Source: a bacterium
GTDB taxonomy: Bacteria; Electryoneota; RPQS01
Reading direction: 5' to 3'
Length of the DNA stretch: 64,000 nucleotides
Assembly (NCBI GenBank): GCA_013360195.1
Contig: JABWCQ010000004.1
Coordinates: 43,836-107,835 of the forward strand
The notes below the pieces were generated by a model. That model searched no databases. It saw only the letters and a program-made list of their open reading frames with translations, and was not told the DNA's origin. Position numbers and translations under genes: made by a program. Positions 9,564 to 21,579 of the stretch are shown here, one piece after another; positions within the stretch are counted from its first letter, which is position 1; each line of letters begins with the position of its first letter.

Positions 9564-11380
9564 GTGCCGCATCAGCAAAGTCCGCCGAAGAACGGGATGT
9601 CATGGGAAAAGCGTATGACTCGGTTCTTGCGCGGCGATTATGGGGATATGTCGGGAATCAGAAACTGAAACTCTTTCTTGCCGTAGGCCTCTTACTGCTC
9701 GGTGCGGCCGCTGAACTCGCAGGTCCGTGGCTCTCAAAAATAGCCATAGACAAGTACATTGCGAACGGAGACATGCCGGGGTTGATAAAGATTGTCGTGT
9801 TGTTTGTCGGTGTCGCCGCCGTATCCGCGGCGCTCAGATGGAGTCAGGTATACTTGACCGGCGAGGCCGGCCAGATTATCATGTACCGGCTTCGCCGGGA
9901 TGTGTTTGAGAAGCTGCAACGGTTGTCCGTACCCTACTTTGACAGAAATCCAGTCGGACGGCTCATGACTCGGGTTACTTCAGACGTTCAAGCGCTGTAT
10001 GAACTGTTCGGCTCAGGCATGGTCGCAATCTTTGGTGATGTGTTCACTCTTGTCGGCATCATGATCGTCATGTTTGCCATCAATTGGAAATTGGCGCTGT
10101 TGACGTTGACGGTTGTGCCGATACTCATTGTTGTGACATTCGCATTCAGGAAGAAAGTGCGCGATCTCTACCGGCAGACCCGGTCGCAGATATCCGGACT
10201 GAACGGATACTTGCAGGAAAATATCACGGGCATGCGCGTCGTGCAGCTGTTCGGAAGGGAAGAGCACAACTATCAGAGATTCCAGGAGCAGAATGGGGCA
10301 CTGAAGAATACCTATCTCGATACGATCTTCTTCTACGCGTTATTCTTCCCCGGTGTCGAGCTTATTTCAGCACTGGCGATTGCCGCAATCATTTGGGGCG
10401 GAGGAACGATGATGATTGCAGGAACCGTGACAGTCGGCACTCTCGTCGCATTTCTGCAGTATGTTGAGAGGTTTTATCGTCCGGTTCGCGACCTCGCGGA
10501 AAAATACAACATCTTGCAGGCGGCAATGGCAGCTGCTGAACGAGTGTTTCATGTGTTGGATGAGCCAATCCAAGTTTCTGATTCGCGCTCTCTGGATAAG
10601 CCGACAGCAGCATCAGATGCGCCGTTCATCGAGTTTCGCCACGTGTGGTTTGCCTACAAACCTGATGAATGGATATTACAGGACGTTAGTTTTGCCGTCA
10701 GACAGGGCGAGTCCATTGCTGTTGTCGGTGCGACGGGTGCGGGAAAGACTACAATCATCTCGCTCCTGCAACGGTTTTACGACGTGCAAAAGGGAGAAAT
10801 ACTAATCAAAGGGAGGGACATTCGAGAATATCCTCTTGCAGAACTCAGGTCGATGTTGGGTATTGTGCTGCAGGATGTGTTCATTTTCGCAGGAAATATA
10901 GCGGACAACATTCGTTATGGGAAGCCAGATGCCACAGAGGAAGATGTGAAAGCGGCCGCAAACCTTGTTTTTGCCAACAGGTTTATCGATAAACTGCCTG
11001 GCGGCCTTGCTGAACCCGTGGTTGAGCGCGGTGCCACGCTTTCCACAGGTCAGCGCCAATTGTTAGCTTTTGCGCGTGCTCTTCTAAGAAAACCCGAATT
11101 GCTCATTCTGGATGAGGCAACCGCATCTATAGACACGGAGACGGAACAGTTGATTCAGCAGGCCATTGAAAGGGTACTGGAGGGAAGAACCTCAATTATC
11201 ATTGCCCACAGGTTATCGACCATCCAGAGTTGCAATAGAATTCTGGTCATGCATCACGGCAAGCTGCGGGAAGAAGGAACACACGAGGAGCTATTGAGGT
11301 TGGGCGGAATCTACTACAGGTTGTACAGGCTGCAGTTCGGGCAGTCGGAGTCCGCCAAAGATGAGCAGCTTGTCCCTTGA
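9560..11380 (+). CDS. ABC exporter subunit B (MdlB/YheH-like)
   Basis: NPVGRLMTRVTSD, GATGAGKTT, LSTGQRQ, ILDEAT; overlaps subunit A (ATGA). Confidence 0.9.
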   Translation: MSAASAKSAEERDVMGKAYDSVLARRLWGYVGNQKLKLFLAVGLLLLGAAAELAGPWLSKIAIDKYIANGDMPGLIKIVVLFVGVAAVSAALRWSQVYLTGEAGQIIMYRLRRDVFEKLQRLSVPYFDRNPVGRLMTRVTSDVQALYELFGSGMVAIFGDVFTLVGIMIVMFAINWKLALLTLTVVPILIVVTFAFRKKVRDLYRQTRSQISGLNGYLQENITGMRVVQLFGREEHNYQRFQEQNGALKNTYLDTIFFYALFFPGVELISALAIAAIIWGGGTMMIAGTVTVGTLVAFLQYVERFYRPVRDLAEKYNILQAAMAAAERVFHVLDEPIQVSDSRSLDKPTAASDAPFIEFRHVWFAYKPDEWILQDVSFAVRQGESIAVVGATGAGKTTIISLLQRFYDVQKGEILIKGRDIREYPLAELRSMLGIVLQDVFIFAGNIADNIRYGKPDATEEDVKAAANLVFANRFIDKLPGGLAEPVVERGATLSTGQRQLLAFARALLRKPELLILDEATASIDTETEQLIQQAIERVLEGRTSIIIAHRLSTIQSCNRILVMHHGKLREEGTHEELLRLGGIYYRLYRLQFGQSESAKDEQLVP

Positions 11381-11405
11381 CTTTTGGGGTATTTTGCGCT
11401 ACCTT
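11377..11405 (+). promoter_or_regulatory. Sigma-70-type promoter for the gatC operon
   Basis: TTGACT-17 nt-TACCTT. Confidence 0.55.
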
Positions 11406-11460
11406 AACGAGAATATAGTCGGCAATAGCAAAATATTGTTTTTATTGGAATAATCGTCCA

Positions 11461-11747
11461 TTGAGTGTTTCCCGCAACGACATAATTAACCTTGCGAAGC
11501 TTGCGAGGATGAGACTTACAGAGGATGAGATTGAGGCTCTGCAAAAGGACATGAACTCAATTCTTGTGTTTTTCGATCAGCTCAAGAAAGTGGATGTCTC
11601 AGACGTTGAGCCCATGGTCCATCCTGTCAAGGGCGACTTTCTGCTTGAGGACGATGTTCCGCATGAGTCCCTGCCTCGAGAGGTAGTGTTAAGGGATGCG
11701 CCGGACCGAACGGAAGAGTATTTCCGTCTCCCCAGAGTTTTAGGCGG

Positions 11748-11751
<4 letters not shown>
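11461..11751 (+). CDS. gatC: Asp/Glu-tRNA amidotransferase subunit C
   Basis: LAKLARMRL...VDVSDVEPM...APDRTEEYFRLPRVL. Confidence 0.9.
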
Positions 11752-14170
<2,419 letters not shown>

Positions 14171-14172
14171 GA

Positions 14173-15192
14173 GTGCAGCGCACCCACAAGGCGACGCTCA
14201 TTCCCGGTGACGGTATCGGCCCGTCGATCTCTGAGGCCGCAGTGGCCATCATGGAGGCGACGGGCGTTGTCATTCAATGGGAAGTTTGTCACGCGGGATT
14301 GGCCGCGATTGCAGCGGGCAAGGACCCGCTTCCAAAGGAGACCGCTGATTCGATTGACCGGACTGGCGTGGTGCTGAAAGGGCCGATCACGACTCCGGTA
14401 GGCGGCGGCTATAAGAGCGTGAATGTCTCCATGAGACAAAAGTGGAACCTTTATGCCAATGTACGACCCTGTGTGTCATTTACAGGAATAAAAACGCCCT
14501 TTCCTGATACGGACATAGTTGTCATCCGGGAAAACACCGAAGGCTTATACACAGGCCAGGAGATGTATGTCGATCCGGACAAACGGGCCGCGATTGTAGT
14601 TGCTTGCAACACAAGATCTGCGATGGACAGGGTCTGCTCGTATAGTTTCAACTATGCGCGCAGAAACGGCCGCAAGAAAGTAACTTGCATTCATAAGGCA
14701 AACATCTTGAAGGTGTTTTCGGGAATCTTTCTTGAAAGCTTCAGGGAAATTGCCGCTGATTATCCCGACATCAATGCCGAGGAAAAGATTATTGACGCCG
14801 CGTGCATGGAGTTGGTGAAGAAACCACACACCTATGACGTTATCGTTACGACAAATCTCTTTGGCGACATCATCTCGGATTTGACAGCCGGACTTGTGGG
14901 TGGTCTTGGCGTCGCTCCGGGTGCGAACTATGGCGACAACGTGGCCATGTTTGAAGCCATTCACGGCAGCGCTCCGGATATTGCAGGCAAGGGAATTGCC
15001 AATCCCATCTCACTGGTTTTGGCAGGCGCAATGATGCTGAAGCATATGGGCGAAGATGAAGCTTCCGAAAAGGTCAATAGCGCCGTTCGCGCTGTGCTCA
15101 AGGAAGGCAAATATTTGACGCCGGACCTGATGCCAGGGTCTCCGCACGGAACAGCCGATATCACAAAGGCCATCATTGACCAGCTCAATTGA
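14173..15192 (+). CDS. Isocitrate/isopropylmalate dehydrogenase family protein (NAD-IDH-like)
   Basis: [56 protein letters not shown]. Confidence 0.88.
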   Translation: MQRTHKATLIPGDGIGPSISEAAVAIMEATGVVIQWEVCHAGLAAIAAGKDPLPKETADSIDRTGVVLKGPITTPVGGGYKSVNVSMRQKWNLYANVRPCVSFTGIKTPFPDTDIVVIRENTEGLYTGQEMYVDPDKRAAIVVACNTRSAMDRVCSYSFNYARRNGRKKVTCIHKANILKVFSGIFLESFREIAADYPDINAEEKIIDAACMELVKKPHTYDVIVTTNLFGDIISDLTAGLVGGLGVAPGANYGDNVAMFEAIHGSAPDIAGKGIANPISLVLAGAMMLKHMGEDEASEKVNSAVRAVLKEGKYLTPDLMPGSPHGTADITKAIIDQLN

Positions 15193-16000
15193 TATCGGCG
15201 GCGAGTTCTATCCGCTCGCAATCATCGCAGGTCCCTGTGTCATAGAGTCTGAAGACTTGTGTATGTATGTCGCAGAAGAACTTGCTATCATCGCGACTCG
15301 TACGGGCGTGCTGCCTATTTTCAAAGCAAGTTTTGATAAAGCGAATCGAACATCGGTGGATAGTTTTCGCGGTCCGGGTCTAGAAGAAGGCCTTCGCATC
15401 CTTGAGAATGTCCGTAAGTCTTCAGGTTTGCCCGTCACAACGGACATTCACCTGCCAGATCAGGCGGCTTCTGCAGGCGAAGTCGTGGACATTCTTCAGA
15501 TTCCCGCATTCCTGTGCCGGCAGACGGATATTCTGGTTGCGGCGGGAAAAACAGGGAAGGCCGTAAATGTCAAAAAGGGGCAATTTGTTGCACCGGAGGA
15601 CATGAAGTTCGCGGCCGCAAAAATTGCGTCGACGGGAAACAACAAGATTCTGCTGACGGAGCGCGGATCAAGTTTCGGTTACCGCGATCTTGTCGTGGAC
15701 ATGCGATCCCTTGTACTGCTGGCCGATATCGGTTACCCCGTAGTGTTCGATGCCACACATAGCGTTCAGAAGATGGGTGGTCAGGGTGCTGGTGTGTCCG
15801 GTGGAAGTCCGCGATTTATAGGACACCTTGCTCGCGCGGCAGTTGCGACAGGCGCGGTTTCTGCGGTTTTCGTTGAAACTCACCCTAATCCTTCACAGGC
15901 ACTGTCGGACGGCGGCAACATGCTTGCATTGTCTGAATTAGAGAGATTTATTACTGACCTGGTACGAATCGTGGAATCGCTCAAGGCGGGGGAAGCGTGA
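15176..16000 (+). CDS. kdsA: KDO-8-phosphate synthase
   Basis: AGPCVIES, KASFDKANRTS, QIPAFLCRQTD, KKGQF, DATHSVQ. Confidence 0.95.
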   Translation: MTSSIDIGGEFYPLAIIAGPCVIESEDLCMYVAEELAIIATRTGVLPIFKASFDKANRTSVDSFRGPGLEEGLRILENVRKSSGLPVTTDIHLPDQAASAGEVVDILQIPAFLCRQTDILVAAGKTGKAVNVKKGQFVAPEDMKFAAAKIASTGNNKILLTERGSSFGYRDLVVDMRSLVLLADIGYPVVFDATHSVQKMGGQGAGVSGGSPRFIGHLARAAVATGAVSAVFVETHPNPSQALSDGGNMLALSELERFITDLVRIVESLKAGEA

Positions 16001-16380
16001 GCTCTCCCCAAGACAGAATCCGTCTGAAGGGTATTCAGATTTACGCCCACCACGGAGCTTTGGATGAAGAGCGCAGACTTGGACAGTTGTTTGAACTCGA
16101 TTGCGAAGTCGCCGGTGACTTCGGTCGCGGCGGATCAAGCGGCGATGACTTGTACTGGACGGTTGATTACACGCTCTTGTTTAAAGAACTCGAACGCGCC
16201 TTTCTCGCTGAAAACTACCGGCTGCTCGAAACGTGCGCTTCTGAGCTTGCAAATGCAGTCTTGGTGAAATTCGCTGCTGTGCAAGAGGTGACTATCCGGG
16301 TGCGCAAACCTCATGTGCCGATGGGTGGAGTATTGAACAGCGTCGAAGTTGAAGTCGTCCGCCATCGCAAGGATGATTGA
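15997..16380 (+). CDS. folB: Dihydroneopterin aldolase
   Basis: YAHHGALDEERRLGQ, TVDY, LLET, VRKP. Confidence 0.92.
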   Translation: MSSPQDRIRLKGIQIYAHHGALDEERRLGQLFELDCEVAGDFGRGGSSGDDLYWTVDYTLLFKELERAFLAENYRLLETCASELANAVLVKFAAVQEVTIRVRKPHVPMGGVLNSVEVEVVRHRKDD

Positions 16381-16858
16381 GCACGCTTACATCGGTTTCG
16401 GCACCAATTTGGGCGATCGATGGGAGAACTACAATAAGGCTGTCGACCTTCTAACCCGCCAATTTGCACTCCTGAGAATCGCAAGGGTTGTTGAATCCAA
16501 GCCTGTTGATGGAGTTGCCGGTGGAAATTTCCTTAACACGGTCTTTGAGTGCAGGCGCATAGAAAACTGTTTCATGTTTCTGAGACAGCTTCAGGCAATC
16601 GAGCTTTCCGTCGGAGGAACCACGGACAAGCACGGCAATGCACGAACATGTGATTTGGACATTCTTCTGTGGGGTAATGAGATTATTGACACCCCTGATT
16701 TGCACGTTCCGCATCCGCGCATGCACTTGCGTGATTTCTATTTGATCCCGCTTTGTGAATTGATTCCGGATTCAGTTCATCCTGTTTCGGGAAAGACATT
16801 CAAGCAGCTGCTCGACGAGATTAGACTGATCAGTGTGATCGGTCCAGCCACACAATAA
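16373..16858 (+). CDS. folK: 2-amino-4-hydroxy-6-hydroxymethyldihydropteridine diphosphokinase
   Basis: AYIGFGTNLGDR, FLN, RTCDLDIL, PHPRMHLR; follows folB. Confidence 0.88.
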   Translation: MIEHAYIGFGTNLGDRWENYNKAVDLLTRQFALLRIARVVESKPVDGVAGGNFLNTVFECRRIENCFMFLRQLQAIELSVGGTTDKHGNARTCDLDILLWGNEIIDTPDLHVPHPRMHLRDFYLIPLCELIPDSVHPVSGKTFKQLLDEIRLISVIGPATQ

Positions 16859-16862
16859 GTAT

Positions 16863-17504
16863 ATGCAGACTCGCCACCGGTACATTGCGATAGAAGGAGT
16901 CATCGGCGTCGGTAAGACGTCGCTGGCACGTATTCTCTCCGAGAACCTGAATGGCCGTCTCGTGCTTGAGAACCATGATGAGAATCCGTTTCTCGCACAG
17001 TTTTATAAGGACCAGCGCCACTATGCTTTCCAGACGCAACTTTTTTTCCTTTTGTCGCGATTCAAGCAGCAGCAGGAACTGCCTGAACCGGATTTCTTTC
17101 ATACGACGCTGATTTCTGATTATATTTTCCCGAAAGACCGGATATTTGCGTACATAAACCTCAGCGAAGCCGAACTGACGCTGTATGAAAAGGTAATGTC
17201 GCTTTTGGAAATGCGGGTGCGCAAGCCTGATATTGTAGTGTATCTGCAAAGCTCGACTGACAGGTTAATGAAGAATATACGCATGCGGAGTCGTCCTTAT
17301 GAACGGGACATGTCGGAAGAGTACATTCGCACGTTGAATGAAGGGTATAATCATTTCTTTTTTAATTACGATGAAACTCCGCTGCTGATCGTGAACACGA
17401 CTCAGCTTGATTTTGTAAGCAATTCAAATCATCTTGCGGCCATTACGGCTGAAATCGAACGTGAACAACACGGCACGCGCTACTTCAACCCGGTGGATAT
17501 TTAG
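16863..17504 (+). CDS. Deoxynucleoside kinase (dAK/dGK family)
   Basis: IAIEGVIGVGKTS, ENPFLAQFY, FQTQLFFLLSR, RSRPYE. Confidence 0.9.
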   Translation: MQTRHRYIAIEGVIGVGKTSLARILSENLNGRLVLENHDENPFLAQFYKDQRHYAFQTQLFFLLSRFKQQQELPEPDFFHTTLISDYIFPKDRIFAYINLSEAELTLYEKVMSLLEMRVRKPDIVVYLQSSTDRLMKNIRMRSRPYERDMSEEYIRTLNEGYNHFFFNYDETPLLIVNTTQLDFVSNSNHLAAITAEIEREQHGTRYFNPVDI

Positions 17505-17505
17505 A

Positions 17506-17682
17506 ATGCTGCGAATGCTGCTTGTCGTAGTCGCGGCAGTGCTCGCGGTGAAGATTCTTCTGAATCTGTTTCGTTCGCGTTCGCCCGAACAAAACGTCAA
17601 GGGAAATCCGCAGCAGCGTGCGTCAGGTCCAGCCCGTCGCAATGAGGATATTGAAGACGCGGATTTCAGGGAAATTAAATGA
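17506..17682 (+). CDS. Small membrane protein
   Basis: N-terminal hydrophobic helix, C-terminal IEDADFREIK; fills the gap exactly between flanking genes. Confidence 0.65.
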   Translation: MLRMLLVVVAAVLAVKILLNLFRSRSPEQNVKGNPQQRASGPARRNEDIEDADFREIK

Positions 17683-17683
17683 T

Positions 17684-18076
17684 ATGAAACGTGAAGTTGT
17701 TACCACCAACGCGGCTCCTGCGGCGATCGGACCCTACAGTCAGGGAATAAAGGTTGCGGGATCGCTGCTGTTTACTGCGGGACAGATACCACTGGACCCG
17801 AAGACTATGGAGATAGTTGGGAATACCGCGGCCGAGCAATGCACACAAGTAGTAAAGAATCTAAGGGCAATTCTTGAGGCGGCCGGAACCGACTTTGACA
17901 ATGTTGTGAAGACGACAATCTTCTTGCGAACAATGTCCGATTTCGCCGCGGTCAATGAGGTTTATGGGTCAGTGTTCGCGAAAGCACCGCCTGCACGCAG
18001 CACTGTCGCTGTTGCTGGATTGCCAAAGGATGTTCTTGTGGAAATCGAATGTATCGCGCTGTTGCCCTCGTTCTGA
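17684..18076 (+). CDS. ridA: RidA/YjgF enamine deaminase
   Basis: APAAIGPYSQ, AGQIP, VVKTTIF, PARSTVAVAGLPK, VEIECIA. Confidence 0.93.
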   Translation: MKREVVTTNAAPAAIGPYSQGIKVAGSLLFTAGQIPLDPKTMEIVGNTAAEQCTQVVKNLRAILEAAGTDFDNVVKTTIFLRTMSDFAAVNEVYGSVFAKAPPARSTVAVAGLPKDVLVEIECIALLPSF

Positions 18077-18492
18077 TTCTTTCAGCACTTTTGTGTGCAG
18101 GAAGAGCAATCGCAGACGAGTCCTCAAGGGTTAGACCCAAGAAAAGCACTACCGGTGCGGTCTTTCGTTCACTTGCGGTTCCAGGCTGGGGACAGGCTTA
18201 CAATGAGTCCTATGTGAAAGCGGCAGCTTTTTTCGTGACGGAAGCACTGTTTATTGTTGGAATTTCACGATACAATGATTGGATGATGGCCGCCAAAAAG
18301 GCTGACAATTTTGAAGAAGAGAAACTCTATCGCAGTTCCAGAAACAAGAATATCTGGTGGCTTGCCGGAATAAAACTTCTGTCCCTTGGTGACGCATACG
18401 TGGACGCACAGCTGTTTCAAATTGATGTTTCGCCGAACTTGACTCCTGAGGGTGTAGAAGGAGCTCAAATTGGCGCCACTATTCGCTTCTAA
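18049..18492 (+). CDS. DUF5683-like exported/membrane protein
   Basis: Signal peptide, RSLAVPGWGQAYN, DAYVDAQL. Confidence 0.7.
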   Translation: MYRAVALVLILSALLCAGRAIADESSRVRPKKSTTGAVFRSLAVPGWGQAYNESYVKAAAFFVTEALFIVGISRYNDWMMAAKKADNFEEEKLYRSSRNKNIWWLAGIKLLSLGDAYVDAQLFQIDVSPNLTPEGVEGAQIGATIRF

Positions 18493-18504
18493 TACATACT
18501 GAAC

Positions 18505-19404
18505 ATGTCTTTGTTAGACCAATTGGTCGTTCGCACGATGCCGCTTGTTCCGCGCTGGATGGTACGTCGTGTGGCTTCCAAGTATATTGCCGGGGAGACT
18601 CTTGAAGACGCTATGCGTGTCGTTCAGGAACTAAACGCGAATGGCATGCACACTACAGTGGACGTTTTGGGAGAATTTGTCTCAGATCCGTCCGAAGCTC
18701 GCAGCGCAATTGATGCATATGTTCGCCTTGTTGACGCGATTGCCGACCGAAAATTGAAATCCGGTGTGTCGGTAAAACTTACTGCCGTCGGACTGTCAAT
18801 CAGTCCTCAGTTGGCACGCGAGAACATGCGTATCCTGATAGAAGCCGCCGGAAAGCGGGATGTCTTCGTTCGAATTGACATGGAAGATTCTCCATATACG
18901 ACCGAGACTTTGGCGATTTTTCAGGAATTTCGAGGCTACCCTCGATTGGGCATAGTTGTGCAGGCATACTTGAAGCGAACCGCCGATGACGTGAAGCGAC
19001 TTATGGATACCGGCAAAACAAACTTCCGGCTTTGCAAGGGAATCTATGTCGAACCTGAATCTATTGCCCTCAAGGAACGAAAGGCGATACAGGACAACTA
19101 TTTGAAATTGCTCGAATTGATGTTTGATGGCGGCTCTCAAGTTGGAATTGCGACCCACGACAACTACCTGATTGAGCATTCGGAACGGATGATAAGGACA
19201 CGTGGCATAGATCGTGCAAGCTACGAGTATCAAATGCTTCTCGGAGTTTTGCCGGAATTACGAAGCAAAGTGGTTTCGTCCGGGCATCGTATGCGGGTGT
19301 ACGTGCCATTCGGAGATGCTTGGTACGGGTATTCAACGAGAAGGCTGAAAGAAAACCCCGCGCTTGCCGGCTACGTATTCAAGAGTTTGTTCAAAGCGGG
19401 CTAA
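18505..19404 (+). CDS. Monofunctional proline dehydrogenase
   Basis: YIAGE, DVLGE, SVKLT, RIDMED, RLCKGIY, IATHD, YVPFG..WYGYSTRRL.E. Confidence 0.92.
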   Translation: MSLLDQLVVRTMPLVPRWMVRRVASKYIAGETLEDAMRVVQELNANGMHTTVDVLGEFVSDPSEARSAIDAYVRLVDAIADRKLKSGVSVKLTAVGLSISPQLARENMRILIEAAGKRDVFVRIDMEDSPYTTETLAIFQEFRGYPRLGIVVQAYLKRTADDVKRLMDTGKTNFRLCKGIYVEPESIALKERKAIQDNYLKLLELMFDGGSQVGIATHDNYLIEHSERMIRTRGIDRASYEYQMLLGVLPELRSKVVSSGHRMRVYVPFGDAWYGYSTRRLKENPALAGYVFKSLFKAG

Positions 19405-19435
19405 AAAGAAATCTATCTAAATCGAGGCAGAATTC

Positions 19436-19470
19436 GGGTCACCGCGAGTTTTCGTGAGGTGACCCTCTCT
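19436..19470 (+). terminator. Hairpin/possible terminator between proline dehydrogenase and methyltransferase
   Basis: gggtcacc...ggtgaccc stem followed by tctct. Confidence 0.4.
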
Positions 19471-19480
19471 CTGAGTGGAC

Positions 19481-20308
19481 ATGAGTATTCGTGAAGACTG
19501 GCTAAACGCAATCACATGCGGGGACTGTTTCAAGCTCCTGCGCGAGTTGCCGGACGAGTGTGTAGACCTTGTCCTGACAGATCCGCCTTATGGCATAGAC
19601 TACCAGTCGAATCGTCGGACGGCTCGCGACAAACTCCCCAAGTTCGCAAATGACCAAAGTCTCGACTGGGTCAGCGATTGGGTGGATGAAATACATCGTG
19701 TGTTAAAAAACGACACTCACTTCTATTGTTTCACTCGTTATGACACCTATCCGCTATTCTTCAGCGAGATTTCCCGCAGATTCGAGGTCAAGAATTGTTT
19801 GATATGGGTGAAGAATAATCACGGCAGCGGGGATCTGAACGGATCTTACGCACCGCAGTATGAAATGATCATCTTCGCTCATAAAGGGAAACGGCATCTC
19901 AACGGCAAACGGGATCCTGATGTCATGGAATGCGATAATGTTCCCTCTGCGCACCGCTTCCACTCAACCCAGAAACCTGTTGAACTTCTGCGCGTCTTGA
20001 TCGAAAAAAGTAGTGATCCCGGCGATATTGTTCTTGACCCGTTTGCAGGCACCGGTAGTGCGGGATTGGCCTGCAAAGCTGCAAGTCATCATGACGGTGA
20101 CGGTCACGAACGTAATTTTGTCCTGTTTGAACTGAATCCCGAATTTGTCGCAAAAGCACGTGCGGGAGGACTCGGCAGGCAAATGCAGCTAATAGATGTA
20201 AAGCGGGACAAGAAGAAATTGCAGGATCCCAAACTGCGCGCCACAATTCGTCCGAAGCGCTACGTTGCAAGAAAAGATCAGACTCTGTGGCTTGCTTTTG
20301 ACAGTTAA
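19481..20308 (+). CDS. Orphan N6-adenine/N4-cytosine DNA methyltransferase, beta class
   Basis: Motif IV TDPPY precedes HSTQKP and motif I DPFAGTGSA; no endonuclease adjacent. Confidence 0.9.
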   Translation: MSIREDWLNAITCGDCFKLLRELPDECVDLVLTDPPYGIDYQSNRRTARDKLPKFANDQSLDWVSDWVDEIHRVLKNDTHFYCFTRYDTYPLFFSEISRRFEVKNCLIWVKNNHGSGDLNGSYAPQYEMIIFAHKGKRHLNGKRDPDVMECDNVPSAHRFHSTQKPVELLRVLIEKSSDPGDIVLDPFAGTGSAGLACKAASHHDGDGHERNFVLFELNPEFVAKARAGGLGRQMQLIDVKRDKKKLQDPKLRATIRPKRYVARKDQTLWLAFDS

Positions 20309-20328
20309 CAGCATTAGTCACATGACTA

Positions 20329-20362
20329 ACAAAAGAGCCCGTCGATTGACGGGCTCTTTTGT
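20329..20362. terminator. Bidirectional intrinsic terminator
   Basis: acaaaagagcccgtc-gatt-gacgggctcttttgt between convergent genes. Confidence 0.85.
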
Positions 20363-20377
20363 CATTGGGGGAATGAC

Positions 20378-21565
20378 TTACTTAATGATGCCGAGTGACT
20401 TCCCGACCTTCTTGAAGGCATTGATGGCCGTGTCGAGATGATCGCCGTCATGCGCGGCGGAAATCTGTACCCGAATGCGAGCCTGATCCTTGGGTACGAC
20501 AGGGAAGAAGAATCCAATCACGTAAACCCCTTCCTCAAGCATAGCCGCCGCCATTTCCTGCGCTTTGTGCGCATCGTACAGCATGATCGGAACAATCGGA
20601 TGTACTCCCGGCTTGATATCAAATCCCGCGGCCGACATGGCCTCGCGGAAGTACTTCGTATTCGCATGCAGCTTATCTCGAAGCGCGGTCGTCTCCGTGA
20701 GCATGTCGATTGCCTTGGACGCGCCGGCGATAATAGGCGGCGGTACAGTATTGCTGAACAAGTATGGCCGCGACCGCTGGCGAAGCAAATCAACGATTTC
20801 CTGCCTCGCCGCTGTGAAGCCGCCTGACGCACCGCCAAGCGCTTTCCCCAGAGTGGAAGTGATGATATCAACTCTATCCATGACACCATGATGCTCGTGT
20901 GTGCCGCGTCCGTGTTTTCCCATGAACCCCGTCGCGTGCGAGTCATCCACCATCACCAGTGCGTTGTACTTTTCAGCAAGATCGCAGATCTGTGGGAGCG
21001 GCGCTATCGAACCGTCCATGGAAAAAACGCCGTCGGTTCCGATTAGACGAAATCGGCAATTCTGAGTCTCCTTCAACCTGTCCTCAAGGTCTTGCATGTC
21101 GCAATTCTTGTAAATGTACCTCTTGGCTTTAGAGAGTCGAATACCGTCAATAATTGAGGCATGATTAAGCGAATCCGTGATAATTGCGTCGTCTTCCTTC
21201 ATTAAAGTCTCGAACAGTCCGCCATTGGCGTCAAAGCAAGATGAGTACAAGATTGCATCGTCCATTCCGACGAACTTGGCAAGCTTGTTTTCGAGTTTCT
21301 TGTGAATGTCCTGTGTTCCGCAAATGAATCTCACGGACGAGAGACCATATCCACGCTGGTCAAGCGCTTCCTTAGCGACCGAAATCAAAGCAGGGTGGTC
21401 ACCAAGACCGAGGTAGTTGTTAGCACAGAAATTCAAGACGTCGCGGTTTCGCACCTTGATCTCTGCTCCCTGAGGAGAGTCGATAATTCGTTCTGATTTG
21501 TACAGGCCGGACTCGCGAATACCGACAAGCTCTCCGGCCAAAAATTCCTTAAAACCGTTATACAT
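20378..21565 (-). CDS. kbl: 2-amino-3-ketobutyrate CoA ligase (glycine C-acetyltransferase)
   Basis: [52 protein letters not shown]; start set at ATG 21565. Confidence 0.95.
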   Translation of the reverse strand: MYNGFKEFLAGELVGIRESGLYKSERIIDSPQGAEIKVRNRDVLNFCANNYLGLGDHPALISVAKEALDQRGYGLSSVRFICGTQDIHKKLENKLAKFVGMDDAILYSSCFDANGGLFETLMKEDDAIITDSLNHASIIDGIRLSKAKRYIYKNCDMQDLEDRLKETQNCRFRLIGTDGVFSMDGSIAPLPQICDLAEKYNALVMVDDSHATGFMGKHGRGTHEHHGVMDRVDIITSTLGKALGGASGGFTAARQEIVDLLRQRSRPYLFSNTVPPPIIAGASKAIDMLTETTALRDKLHANTKYFREAMSAAGFDIKPGVHPIVPIMLYDAHKAQEMAAAMLEEGVYVIGFFFPVVPKDQARIRVQISAAHDGDHLDTAINAFKKVGKSLGIIK

Positions 21566-21579
21566 GGTAATTCTGTATG

